Shown piece after piece: positions 37,261 through 46,672 of a stretch of DNA of 64,000 nt. Position numbers and translations under genes: made by a program. The notes under the pieces are model-generated. The model saw only the letters and a list, made by a program, of their open reading frames with translations. It was not told the DNA's origin and made no database searches. The DNA is from Spirochaetia bacterium (GTDB taxonomy: Bacteria > Spirochaetota > Spirochaetia > SZUA-6 > Bin103). Location of the stretch: assembly GCA_965199955.1 (NCBI GenBank), contig CBDATQ010000001.1, positions 1,632,001 to 1,696,000 of the forward strand. The letters run 5' to 3'. Numbering within the stretch: the stretch's first letter is position 1; each line of letters begins with the position of its first letter.

Positions 37261-38387
37261 TCATCGCTTGAAACGCTTGGCATCCTTGCGGGCGATCTGA
37301 AAGGCGGTCTTGCCACTCTTGTTGCGCGCCTCGGGGTCGGCCCCGGCCTGCAGGAGCGCCTCGACGGCGGCGACTTTGCCCTCGTAGGTCGCGCGATGCA
37401 GCGGCGTGCGGCCCTTGCGGTCCTGCGTGTTCAGGTCGGCGCCGTGTGCGGCGAGCAGACGGATCATGCTGGCCCGATCCTGCTCGGCGGCAAGCTGGAG
37501 CGGCGCGCGTGTAGCCCTGTTGCGCGCGTCGAGCGCCGCGCCCGCCGCGATCAGCAACTCAGCGCATGCTGCCGATCCAGTGCGCGCGGCCCAGTGCAGC
37601 GGCGTCATCGCGTAGGGGTCGACCGCATTCACGATCCCGGAGTCCTCCGAGATCAACTCCCGCAGTCGGGTGGTGTCGTCGCGGGCGCTCGCGGAGTACA
37701 CGTCGTAGCAGGCGCCGTCGTCGATGAGGATCTGCGCCACAACCAGCTTTCCCTGCCGGGCGTTGCGGCGCAGCTCGCCGACGGGGCCTTCGCCCGTGTC
37801 CGTCTCGTCCCAGTGGCTGGGCGCGAGCGCCTCCTGCAGCGAGGTGGTGCCGCGCTCGCCGTTGCCCCGGATCGGGAGTTCGTGATGCACGCCGGCTCCG
37901 TACTCGATCAGCAGCCGTGCGACCTCGGGATACCCACCCCAGGCGGCCCAGTACATCAGCGGCAGGTTGTCCGGCCAGCCGGTATGCGGGCGAACCGAGA
38001 CGCCGGTTGCGTCGGTCGCTCCCGACTCGAACACCGCGCGTAGCGTATCGGCCGCACCTGCCCATGCCGCCTCGTGCAGGACGTTGTACGCCGCATGATC
38101 AATCGCGAGCGGCACGTCGGGGCCAGCAGGAACGCCGCGGCCGGCCCGCAGCCGCGCTTGCCGATCACGGCTGTCAACAGCGCTGAGCCGATCCGTTCCA
38201 GGACCGCCGGCTCGGCGGCCACGGTCTCCTGCATCCGTGCGACGTCAGGCTGTCCGTCCCAACGCTCGGGCGCCGGACCCATCGCCGCGATGATGAGCTG
38301 CTGCTCCGCAGGCGTGAGATCCGGCGTCGCCTCATCACGCAGAAACCAGCTGCCCCGGAAGTCTGCGACAGCCTTGGTGGTGTCCAA
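37261..38387 (-). pseudogene. Ankyrin repeat protein split by a frameshift near 38120
   Basis: TTG 38387 with GAGGG RBS runs to ..AAAFLLA, then a different frame continues DVPLAID..VLHEAA..MTPLHWAA..GRTPLHRA; 1127 nt in total. Confidence 0.75.
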
Positions 38388-38597
38388 GGATTTATTCCCT
38401 CGGCTTGACTCTGGGGCCACGTTCTCGGAACACCATGGGTCCGTGAGCGTACCAAGGCGGCGCCCTGCCGGCAACGAGACGCTCTCGATTTCTCGGTTCC
38501 GTCGGCTGCGCTATTTCATGAAGACGGTGTCATCGAGTTGCACCGTGGCTGCTGAAGATCCATACTCGGCCCATCCTCGACTGGAGGCCCGGGTGAC

Positions 38598-39404
38598 ATG
38601 AGCACGACGTTCGAGGAAGCGGTTCGGGCCATCAGCACGGGGAACGCGACCGCCCTGAAGAGGCTCCTGCAGGAAGCCCCTGGCCTCATCGCAGCCCGCT
38701 CGGCATCCGGGCACCGAGCGACCCTCCTGCACTACGTGGCGGCCAACGGCGTCGAGGACGAGCTGCAGAAGACACCGGCGAATGCCGTGGAAATTGCCCG
38801 CATCCTGATCGAAGCCGGAGCAGAGGTCGACGCCCTTGCAGACACCTACGGCGGCGGAACCAATCAGACGACGCTCTGCCTGCTGGTCTCGAGTTGCCAT
38901 CCTGCCGAAGCGGGCCTGCAGCCGGCCCTCGCGCAGGTCCTGTGCGATGCGGGAGCAGCCGTGAACGGCGTCGCCGATGACGGAGCGCCGCTGGCGACCG
39001 CCTTGATGTTCAGCTACACCCGGTCCGTCGACGTGCTGGTGCAGTGTGGCGCACGCATCGGCAACCTGCTGTTCGCCGCCGGCGCTGGTGACCTGGAACG
39101 GGTACGGTCCTTCTTCGACAGCGGTGGCCGACTCCGGCCCGGTGCGGCATACGACGGGCGTCATTTCCCCATCGCAGGTGACGAGGAAGCCGTGCTCGGG
39201 CAGGCGCTCGGTATGGCCTGCTATCACCTGCGGCTCGAGGTGATCAGATTCCTGCTCGAACAGGGTGCGGACGTGAATTCGCGATCCCACATTCTCAGCG
39301 GTTCCTCAACCGGGCTGTACTGGGCAACCCATGGTTTTCATACGCAGGAAGAAGAGCGCCCCATCGTGGAGTTTCTGCGTTCGGTGGGCGCCGAGTCACC
39401 GTGA
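38598..39404 (+). CDS. Ankyrin repeat protein
   Basis: GGAGG RBS; ATLLHYVAANGVE, GAEVDA, GADVNSR. Confidence 0.85.
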   Translation: MSTTFEEAVRAISTGNATALKRLLQEAPGLIAARSASGHRATLLHYVAANGVEDELQKTPANAVEIARILIEAGAEVDALADTYGGGTNQTTLCLLVSSCHPAEAGLQPALAQVLCDAGAAVNGVADDGAPLATALMFSYTRSVDVLVQCGARIGNLLFAAGAGDLERVRSFFDSGGRLRPGAAYDGRHFPIAGDEEAVLGQALGMACYHLRLEVIRFLLEQGADVNSRSHILSGSSTGLYWATHGFHTQEEERPIVEFLRSVGAESP

Positions 39405-39410
39405 GGCAAG

Positions 39411-40757
39411 ATGGCAGGCGTCATGCAGGAGCGGTCGACGTCGGAGCCAGCGAGGTCTGAACAGCGGGCGCCGCTCGATCAGAACCACGAATTCTTCCGC
39501 GCGGTCGGCGTCCTTGACCTCGACCGGGTGCGCGAGTTGCTGGACGAAGACCCATCGCTTGCGAATGCCGACGTGCGAGGCCGCGCCCAGACGGACGGCA
39601 CCTGGGGCTGGGGCGCAAGCTGGGGCGATCCCGAGGACTGGATGACGTGCAAGGCAGTCCATTACGCTGCCTTCGGACACGCCGATCTGCTGAAGCTGCT
39701 TATCGAGTACGGCGCCGACCTCGACGCCTTCGGGTACGAAGACAACCACGGCTGGGCTCCCCCTCTCGTGCTCTCCTGCTGGGAAGGCACCAGGGACACC
39801 GTCGACGCGCTCCTGGGCGCGGGAGCCAACCCGAACATCCCGTCCGTCTGCCCGTTCTTCGGCGTGTCGGCGCTGCACTCCGCGATCGAGCACTGGGACC
39901 CGCCGAAGATCGAGAGCCTGCTGCGACATGGCGCGAGGCACGACATCTACAGCGCGTCCATCGTGGGCGACCTCGACTTCCTGAAGCAGCAGCTCCCTCT
40001 GCTGACACCCCGTTTCAGGTCACAGGCACTCAGCCAGCCGGACCCCGTGCGGAGCCGGACCGCGCTCGAATGGAATGTTCTCCGCAGGCACGACACGCCT
40101 GGGCAGAGGGCGGTTGCCGACTACTTGATCGAGCAGGGTGCCGAAGTGACTCCTGTCGCCCGCATCTGCCTGGGGATGCTGGATTCGGTCAGGGATCTCG
40201 TCCGGAGCCAGCCCGGGTTCGTCAGCCGACCCTTGGGCGGCGACCCCGCCCCGCCACTGACGTGGGCGGTCCGTGCCGGCCAGCTCGAAGTCGCGAAGTA
40301 CCTGCTCTCCGCCGGTGCCGACCCCAACGTGGGGTGGTTCACCGTCGCATGGGATGACGTATCCCCGGAGCTCATCGACCTGCTCCTCAAGGCGGGAGCC
40401 AACTTCGACGGGACCGAGAACGAAGCTGGAGAGTTGACGCTCTTCGGGCGACTCGAAGCGGCGGAGGTGCTGCTGCGCCACGGAGCTGATATCGACAGCA
40501 AGGACTATCGCGGTCTTACACCGCTCCAGGCGCTGGTCGAGCCGGGAAGGGGCTACGCCGACACGTACTACGATCCGTTTCCGGCTGCACGATTCCTCCT
40601 CGACCGCGGCGCCGACGTCAACGCCCTCTCCGACGACGGCAAGACGGCTCTCGACATGGCGATCGAACAGGACAAGGGAGCGATGGCCGGCCTGCTGCGC
40701 GAGCACCGAGGGAAGCGGAGCGAGGAGCTCGCCTCACATCCGCGACCTCCGGCGTAG
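39411..40757 (+). CDS. Ankyrin repeat protein
   Basis: AVHYAAFG, SALHSAI, PPLTWAV, GLTPL, GKTALDMA. Confidence 0.88.
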   Translation: MAGVMQERSTSEPARSEQRAPLDQNHEFFRAVGVLDLDRVRELLDEDPSLANADVRGRAQTDGTWGWGASWGDPEDWMTCKAVHYAAFGHADLLKLLIEYGADLDAFGYEDNHGWAPPLVLSCWEGTRDTVDALLGAGANPNIPSVCPFFGVSALHSAIEHWDPPKIESLLRHGARHDIYSASIVGDLDFLKQQLPLLTPRFRSQALSQPDPVRSRTALEWNVLRRHDTPGQRAVADYLIEQGAEVTPVARICLGMLDSVRDLVRSQPGFVSRPLGGDPAPPLTWAVRAGQLEVAKYLLSAGADPNVGWFTVAWDDVSPELIDLLLKAGANFDGTENEAGELTLFGRLEAAEVLLRHGADIDSKDYRGLTPLQALVEPGRGYADTYYDPFPAARFLLDRGADVNALSDDGKTALDMAIEQDKGAMAGLLREHRGKRSEELASHPRPPA

Positions 40758-40790
40758 TGCCGGGCCGCTCTCTCACATCGGGGCGAACGG

Positions 40791-42908
40791 ATGTCGGCCG
40801 AGCAGGTCGATTGCCGGCAGGGCAACCGGCGGACCGCCGATCTGCTCCGCGAACACGGCGGCAGGACCAGTCAGGAACTGACGGAGAGTCGGCCCGCGGA
40901 TGGGATCGACGTGCAGAGCCTGGACCCGGCGGGCGCCGAGGGCGCGCTGGTCCGGGCCGCGCTGGCCGGGGACGATGCGCAGGTGGACGCGATCCTGGAT
41001 CGATTTCCGGAGGTGCGCCGGGACTCCCCGGCGTGCGCGCTGGTGCTGGCCGACCCGGATGCGACGGAACGGCTGAGCGCCGCGAACGTGAACACGGCGG
41101 TCGCCCCGACCGGCTGGCCGCCGCTGCTCACGCTGTGCAGCTCACGCTATCGCACCGGCGACGCGCCGGTCGCCGCGTCGCGCCTGGACGTGGCGGCGAA
41201 GCTGCTGCAACTGGGGGCCGATCCCAACGCCGGTACGCGTGAAGCCGAAACCGTTCGCGGCTACCGCACCGTCCTCGGCGCCGCGATCGGCCGCGCTCGC
41301 AGCGCACCGTTGGTTCGCATGCTGCTGGCGTCGGGAGCCGATGCCGTCGACGGCCCGGCGCTCTACGATGGCTGCGCCATGTGGGAGGCCCTGCGTCTCC
41401 GCGACCGGGACAGTCTGGAAGCGCTGCTCGCCGCGGATCCGCCGCAATGGCACCTCTGCCACGCCCTGCCGGAGAGCCTGCACTACGGCGACGCCGCGCT
41501 GACGCGCCGGCTGTTGGAAGCCGGCGGCGATCCCAACTGGACCATGGGCACGTGGGGATTCGGCGGCACCTGTCTGCACGAGGCGGTGGTGCTCGATGCC
41601 CGGAGGAGCGTCGTTGAAGCGCTGCTCGACCACGGTGCTCAGGTCGCCTCCCGCGACCGGTACGGGCGGACTCCGCTCGCGCTTGCCGTCTGTCTCAACC
41701 GGGACTCGCTGGCACGGTCGCTGCGCGAGCGCGGCGCGCAGGAGGGTGACGTGCGGGAGGTCGACCGCTGGGTCGGCGCCTGCTTCGCGCATGACCGCAA
41801 GCGGGCCGAGCGGATGCTCGCGCCGGGCGCCATGTCGCTGCGGCCGGCGGATCACCTGTGGGTCTGTCGGGCCGCCCGCGGCGCGGATACTCAGGCGGTC
41901 GCGCTGCTGCTGTCCGGCGGGGCCGACCCCTGCGCAGTCGATGATGACGGGCAGACGGCGCTCCACTTGGCCGCGTCAGCAGCCGATGTCGAGGCGTGCC
42001 GGTCGCTGCTCGCCAGCGGCTCCGACCCGGAGGCGTTGAACTACGCGGGTCAGACCGCGCTGGCCTGCGCGCTGGGAGTCGAAGACCGCATCCCGCGGGA
42101 CGCGCTGGGGGCGTTGCTGGGTGGCACCGCGCCGAGCGCGGACACGGCTCCGTTCGACGCCCCGGCGTTCGCCGCGACATTCGAACGCGCCGCCGACGCC
42201 GTCGTCAACGGCGACGTGGATGGCCTGTGTGCGCTCCTGAACGAGCATCCTGAGTTGGCCACGGCGCGCTCACCCCGGCCGCACCGCTGCACGCTGCTCC
42301 ATTACCTGGCCGCCAACGGAGTGGAGGGCGAACGCCAGAAGACGCCGGCCAATGCGGTCGAGGTGATCGACGTGCTGATCGGCGCCGGCAGCGATCCCAA
42401 CGCGAGCTGCTACACCTACCGAGGCGGTCCCGACGAGACTACCGCGGGGCTTCTGGCCGGCAGCGCACCGCCGCGGGACGCCGGGCTGACGCTGCCGATG
42501 CTCGCGGCGCTGGCGCGTGGCGGCGCGCGGCTGGATGAAGCGTATACGCTGCTGGTACGGCTGTTTGCGGCGCTACACGCCGGCGGTGCCGCCGACGCCG
42601 CGGCGGTCGTCGACCCGTCGTCCGGGGTTGCCGGCCACGCGCTGGTGGAAAGCGTCACGCTCGGCGAGACTGCGATCGTGCGGACGCTCCTGGACGCCGG
42701 CGCGGACGTCGACAGCCGGCGCGGCGACGGCGCGACCGCGTTGCATCAGGCCGCCTTCGACGGGAACGCCGAGGTGGTCGAGGAACTGCTTGCGCGAGGC
42801 GCAGACCTCAGCCTGCGGGACGATGTGTTCGATGGCACGCCGGCCGGCTGGGCACAGGCCGGAGGGCACGAGGACCTCGGCAAGAGCCTTGCCGCGCGGG
42901 CGGGATGA
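40791..42908 (+). CDS. Large ankyrin repeat protein (true start probably ~40900)
   Basis: GWPPLL, GTCLHEA, GRTPLALA, GQTALHLAA, CTLLHYLAANGVE, GATALHQAA. Confidence 0.88.
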   Translation: MSAEQVDCRQGNRRTADLLREHGGRTSQELTESRPADGIDVQSLDPAGAEGALVRAALAGDDAQVDAILDRFPEVRRDSPACALVLADPDATERLSAANVNTAVAPTGWPPLLTLCSSRYRTGDAPVAASRLDVAAKLLQLGADPNAGTREAETVRGYRTVLGAAIGRARSAPLVRMLLASGADAVDGPALYDGCAMWEALRLRDRDSLEALLAADPPQWHLCHALPESLHYGDAALTRRLLEAGGDPNWTMGTWGFGGTCLHEAVVLDARRSVVEALLDHGAQVASRDRYGRTPLALAVCLNRDSLARSLRERGAQEGDVREVDRWVGACFAHDRKRAERMLAPGAMSLRPADHLWVCRAARGADTQAVALLLSGGADPCAVDDDGQTALHLAASAADVEACRSLLASGSDPEALNYAGQTALACALGVEDRIPRDALGALLGGTAPSADTAPFDAPAFAATFERAADAVVNGDVDGLCALLNEHPELATARSPRPHRCTLLHYLAANGVEGERQKTPANAVEVIDVLIGAGSDPNASCYTYRGGPDETTAGLLAGSAPPRDAGLTLPMLAALARGGARLDEAYTLLVRLFAALHAGGAADAAAVVDPSSGVAGHALVESVTLGETAIVRTLLDAGADVDSRRGDGATALHQAAFDGNAEVVEELLARGADLSLRDDVFDGTPAGWAQAGGHEDLGKSLAARAG

Positions 42909-42952
42909 CACTGGCGGTCGGTTGCTCGCGGTCCGCGCCGGGGCGCTTCGCG

Positions 42953-43366
42953 TCAGCCGGTGTGGTGGTTGATCATCCAGTTGATGCCGAACTTGTCCGC
43001 GCAGGTGCCGAAGTAGGCGCCCCAGAACTGGTCCTGCATCGGCATGGTCGCCTGGCCGCCGTCGGACAGCTTGGCGAACAGTGAATCCGCTTCCTCCTTG
43101 CTGTCCGGGGCGATCGACAGCGAGAAGTTGTTGCCGGTCATCAGCGGCGGGCCGAACGAGGCGCTGTCACTGCCCATCAGCACGCCGCCGCCGATCGGCA
43201 ACGACACGTGCATGATCAGGTCCCGCTCCGCCTCCGGAACCTCCATGTCGGGCGGCCCGTCGCCGAAGCTCTGCATGTCCGTGAAATCGCCTCCGAACAC
43301 GGAGCGGTAGAACTCGAAGGCCTGTCGGCAGTTGTCCTTGAACGTGAGGTAGGTGTTGATGTTCAT
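42953..43366 (-). CDS. VOC/PhnB-like family protein
   Basis: YLTF..CRQAFEFYRSVFGG, IMHVSL, LMGSD, QFWGAYFG..DKFGINWM. Confidence 0.9.
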   Translation of the reverse strand: MNINTYLTFKDNCRQAFEFYRSVFGGDFTDMQSFGDGPPDMEVPEAERDLIMHVSLPIGGGVLMGSDSASFGPPLMTGNNFSLSIAPDSKEEADSLFAKLSDGGQATMPMQDQFWGAYFGTCADKFGINWMINHHTG

Positions 43367-43445
43367 CGCGCCAGGAAGGTACGGCCGTGCCCGCCGCACG
43401 CAAAGACACCGCGTTCTCGGTCATTCCCGTGCGGACGGCGTGCGC

Positions 43446-44399
43446 CTATCCCTCCCTGGCCAGGACGAAGTAGTGGCCGGGGTTCCACGCCTGGCAGATC
43501 AGGTAGACCTGACCGTCGCGCTCGTACCAGACGGTGTTGTGGATGTGGTCGGCCAGCTCGACGCCCAGGTCCTCCTTGGGACGGATGGTCGACGCCACCT
43601 CGTAGGTGTGGCCGTCCAGGACGTAGATCGGCGCGGGCCGCCCCTCCTGCGGGTCGTCCAGGCTGCCGACCACGGCGTACCAGCCGTCGCCGTGCTGCTT
43701 GAAGTCGATCCCGCACGGCTTGGAGCCGTCGGGGATGGTGTGCGAGGAGTGGAAGTGGCCGTCCAGCCCCATGAGCTGGAAGCGGGAGTGCGGGCGGTCG
43801 GCGATCGACAGGTGATGGCCGTCGGGGGCGGGTGCCAGGCCGTGCGCGGTCCCGAACAGGCCGGGCGCGTGCGGATCCTCGGTCTTGCCGCCGAACAGGC
43901 CGGTGTAGCGGTGCGTCGACGGATCGACGGAGGAGATGTAGTTGGCGCCGTAGCCGTCCGACACGTACAGCGTGCCGTCGGCGAAGGCGGTGTCGGTCGG
44001 CTTGAACTCGAGTTGCTCGTCGCGGTACTCGTCGAACTCCGGCCGCGACAGGATGAAGTCGACCTTGCCGTCGAGCCCGACGACGGCCACCTGGGCGTCG
44101 TTGTTGGCCGGCAGCACCAGCCGCCGCTTGCCGTCGAACTCGATGATCTTGGTGCTGTGAAAATTGATGGGCTTGAGATCCGACGGCAGCTCGATGATGT
44201 CCTGCGCGGTCAGGTCGGCGCTGATGCGCATGATGCCGCAGCCCGGCATCCCGTAGTAGATATAGCCGGAGGCGGCCGTGTCGTCGGCGAAGCCGCCGTG
44301 CAGGTCGACCTCGTGCGGCCGCGCCCGCTCCGGCAGGGTGTACAGGTCGTCGCAGAGTGAGAACCGGAACGGCTCCTGGCCGCTCGTCTTCTTCGCCAT
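43446..44399 (-). CDS. NHL-repeat beta-propeller (peptidylglycine amidating lyase-like)
   Basis: FKPTDTA..LYVSDGYG, FGTAHGL, IADRPHSRFQ, terminal WNPG; GGAGG RBS. Confidence 0.7.
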   Translation of the reverse strand: MAKKTSGQEPFRFSLCDDLYTLPERARPHEVDLHGGFADDTAASGYIYYGMPGCGIMRISADLTAQDIIELPSDLKPINFHSTKIIEFDGKRRLVLPANNDAQVAVVGLDGKVDFILSRPEFDEYRDEQLEFKPTDTAFADGTLYVSDGYGANYISSVDPSTHRYTGLFGGKTEDPHAPGLFGTAHGLAPAPDGHHLSIADRPHSRFQLMGLDGHFHSSHTIPDGSKPCGIDFKQHGDGWYAVVGSLDDPQEGRPAPIYVLDGHTYEVASTIRPKEDLGVELADHIHNTVWYERDGQVYLICQAWNPGHYFVLAREG

Positions 44400-44492
44400 G
44401 GATGTCTCCTCCGTGTGGTGCGTCTGTTCTGGAGCCTACACCACCGCGGCTCGGGCCGACAGCTCGTTGCCGCGCTCTGAGTCGCCGGCTCG

Positions 44493-44521
44493 TTGACGGG
44501 CGCGGCGCCTCCGACCACCAT
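44493..44521 (+). promoter_or_regulatory. Sigma70-type promoter, probably leaderless
   Basis: TTGACG-17 nt-CACCAT-6 nt-ATG (44528). Confidence 0.65.
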
Positions 44522-44527
44522 CGGCGC

Positions 44528-45382
44528 ATGGTCACCGACCACGACATCTACTTCTTCGACCTGCGCGGCTACGTGCACCTGGAGGGGGCGCTCACCCCCG
44601 CCGAGGTACAGGCGTGCAACGAGGGACTGGACGCCATCCCGCCGCTGGCGGACCGCGAGTGGCATGGGTACGTGCAGGCCCACAACTTCGGCGACCATGA
44701 CGGCACCAATTACCAGCAGATCTACGAGGCGGGGGAGGCCTTCGAGGAGCTGATCGACCACCCAGCCTGGTTCGACAAGGTACGCTACTTCATCGGCTCC
44801 GAAGCCTCCTTCGACGAGCAGCACGGCCCGCTGCTCATAGACGAGGCGTTCGCCAACGTCCGCACCGCCGGCCAGAGCATCGGCGTGCACAACGGCGGCC
44901 ACCTGGGAATCAGCCGCTGCCAGTTCCGCTATCACGCCGGCCGCTTCCACTGCAATCAGATCAACGTGCTGGTCGCCCTCACCGACATCGGCCCGGGGGA
45001 CGGCGGCACCGTGCTGATCCCGGGCTCGCACAAGTCCAACTTCGAGCACCCGTCGTTCCAGCGCTTCTGCATGGGAGACGTGCGCCCCGACGCGGCGCTG
45101 ATCGAGGGGGCGGTGGAGATCCACATGCGCGCGGGCGACGCGCTGCTGTTCGTCGACTGCTGCACGCACGGCTCGGCCCGGCGCCGCAACGGCGGCCAGC
45201 GGCGGGTGGTGATCTACCGGTACGGTCCGTCGTGGGGCCGGCTCCGCCATGCGTACCAGCCGTCGCCGGAGCTGCTGGCCCGGCTGACGCCGCACCGCCG
45301 CTCCATCGTCGCGCCGGCCGCAGAGCGCAGACTCTCGCCCGATCCGAAGCCGGCCGCACAGATGCAGGAGGTTGCGAGATGA
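44528..45382 (+). CDS. PhyH-family dioxygenase-like protein
   Basis: YFFDLRGY, GVHNGG, LTDIGPGDGGTVLIPGSHK, AGDALLF..THGS. Confidence 0.85.
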   Translation: MVTDHDIYFFDLRGYVHLEGALTPAEVQACNEGLDAIPPLADREWHGYVQAHNFGDHDGTNYQQIYEAGEAFEELIDHPAWFDKVRYFIGSEASFDEQHGPLLIDEAFANVRTAGQSIGVHNGGHLGISRCQFRYHAGRFHCNQINVLVALTDIGPGDGGTVLIPGSHKSNFEHPSFQRFCMGDVRPDAALIEGAVEIHMRAGDALLFVDCCTHGSARRRNGGQRRVVIYRYGPSWGRLRHAYQPSPELLARLTPHRRSIVAPAAERRLSPDPKPAAQMQEVAR

Positions 45383-46668
45383 GCGATCCCACGATCCGAC
45401 CGAGCCCCGGGGACACGTCGTGGTTCGTGCACGACCGGTTCGGGATGTTCATCCACTGGGGGCTTTACGCGCTGCCGGCGCGGCACGAATGGGTGAAGAA
45501 CAAGGAGGAGATCCCGGACGAGGATTACCAGCGCTACTTCGACCGCTTCGATCCCGATCTCTACGACCCCGCCGTCTGGGCCGATGCCGCCGCCGGCGCC
45601 GGAATGCGCTACTTCGTGGTCACCACCAAGCACCACGAGGGCTTCTGCCTGTGGGACAGCGCGCTCACCGACTACAAGGCGACGCGCACGCCGCACGGCA
45701 AGGACCTGCTGCATCCCATGGTCGACGCGTTCCGCGCGCGCGGGATGCGGGTGGGCTTCTACCACTCGCTGATCGACTGGCACCACCCGGATTTCGTGAT
45801 CGACGACGTCCACTCGCAGCGCAACCACCCGGAGCGCGAGGCCATGAACCGCACGCGCGATCAGAGCCGCTACATCGAGTACCTGCACGGCCAGGTGCGC
45901 GAGCTGCTCACGGGGTTCGGCCGCGTCGACGTGCTGTGGTGCGACTTCAGCTATCCCGACCGCGGCAAGGGGCGGGACGAGTGGGACAGCCCGCGGCTCT
46001 ACCGCACCATCCGCGAGCTGCAGCCGCAGGTCCTGCTCAACGACCGCATGGACCTGGACGACGGCTGGGACATCAAGACGCCCGAGCAGTGGCAGCCGCA
46101 AGGCTGGATCGAGGTGGACGGCATGCCGGTCACCTGGGAGGCGTGCCAGACCTTCTCCGGCTCCTGGGGCTACCACCGTGACGAGTCCTCCTGGAAGAGC
46201 GTCGGCCAGTTGATCCGCATGCTGTCCGACACCGTCAGCAAGGGCGGCAACCTGCTGCTCAACGTCGGCCCGACCGGCCGCGGCGAGCTGGACCATCGCG
46301 CGCTGGAGCGCCTGCGCGGCATGGGCGAGTGGATGAGCCGCCACGGGCGGTCGATCTACGGCTGCACGCAGGCGCCAGCGGAGTTCGCGGTCCCGCAGGA
46401 CTGCCGGCTCACCTGGAACCCGGACACCCGCCGGCTGTACGTGCACGTGTTCGCGTGGCCGTTCCGGCAGCTTCACCTGCGCGGCTATCGTGGCAGGGTG
46501 GCCTACGCGCAGTTGCTGAACGACGCGTCGGAGGTGGCGATCGCCGCCATGTCCGAGCACCAGGCGCGGATGGAGCACGCCGGCGCGGACGACCTGATCC
46601 TGGAGCTGCCGGTGCTGCAGCCGCCGGCCGAGGTGCCGGTGATCGAGCTCTTCCTGACCGGCGAGTAA
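45379..46668 (+). CDS. Alpha-L-fucosidase (GH29)
   Basis: RFGMFIHWG, TTKHHEGF, YHSLIDWH, WCDF, NDR, GNLLLNVGP; ATGA overlap with the dioxygenase. Confidence 0.93.
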   Translation: MSDPTIRPSPGDTSWFVHDRFGMFIHWGLYALPARHEWVKNKEEIPDEDYQRYFDRFDPDLYDPAVWADAAAGAGMRYFVVTTKHHEGFCLWDSALTDYKATRTPHGKDLLHPMVDAFRARGMRVGFYHSLIDWHHPDFVIDDVHSQRNHPEREAMNRTRDQSRYIEYLHGQVRELLTGFGRVDVLWCDFSYPDRGKGRDEWDSPRLYRTIRELQPQVLLNDRMDLDDGWDIKTPEQWQPQGWIEVDGMPVTWEACQTFSGSWGYHRDESSWKSVGQLIRMLSDTVSKGGNLLLNVGPTGRGELDHRALERLRGMGEWMSRHGRSIYGCTQAPAEFAVPQDCRLTWNPDTRRLYVHVFAWPFRQLHLRGYRGRVAYAQLLNDASEVAIAAMSEHQARMEHAGADDLILELPVLQPPAEVPVIELFLTGE

Positions 46669-46672
46669 TCGG

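Noticed and set aside
37261..38387. Programmed frameshift or phase variation in the ANK, vapC or higA genes
   Set aside because: Only 2-4 nt runs at the shift sites and no slippery heptamer; decay or sequencing error is more parsimonious.
42953..43366. Phosphonate operon inferred from the PhnB-like gene plus PhyH genes
   Set aside because: PhnB-like VOC proteins are widespread without a phosphonate role, and no phnZ, phnW or C-P lyase genes are present.
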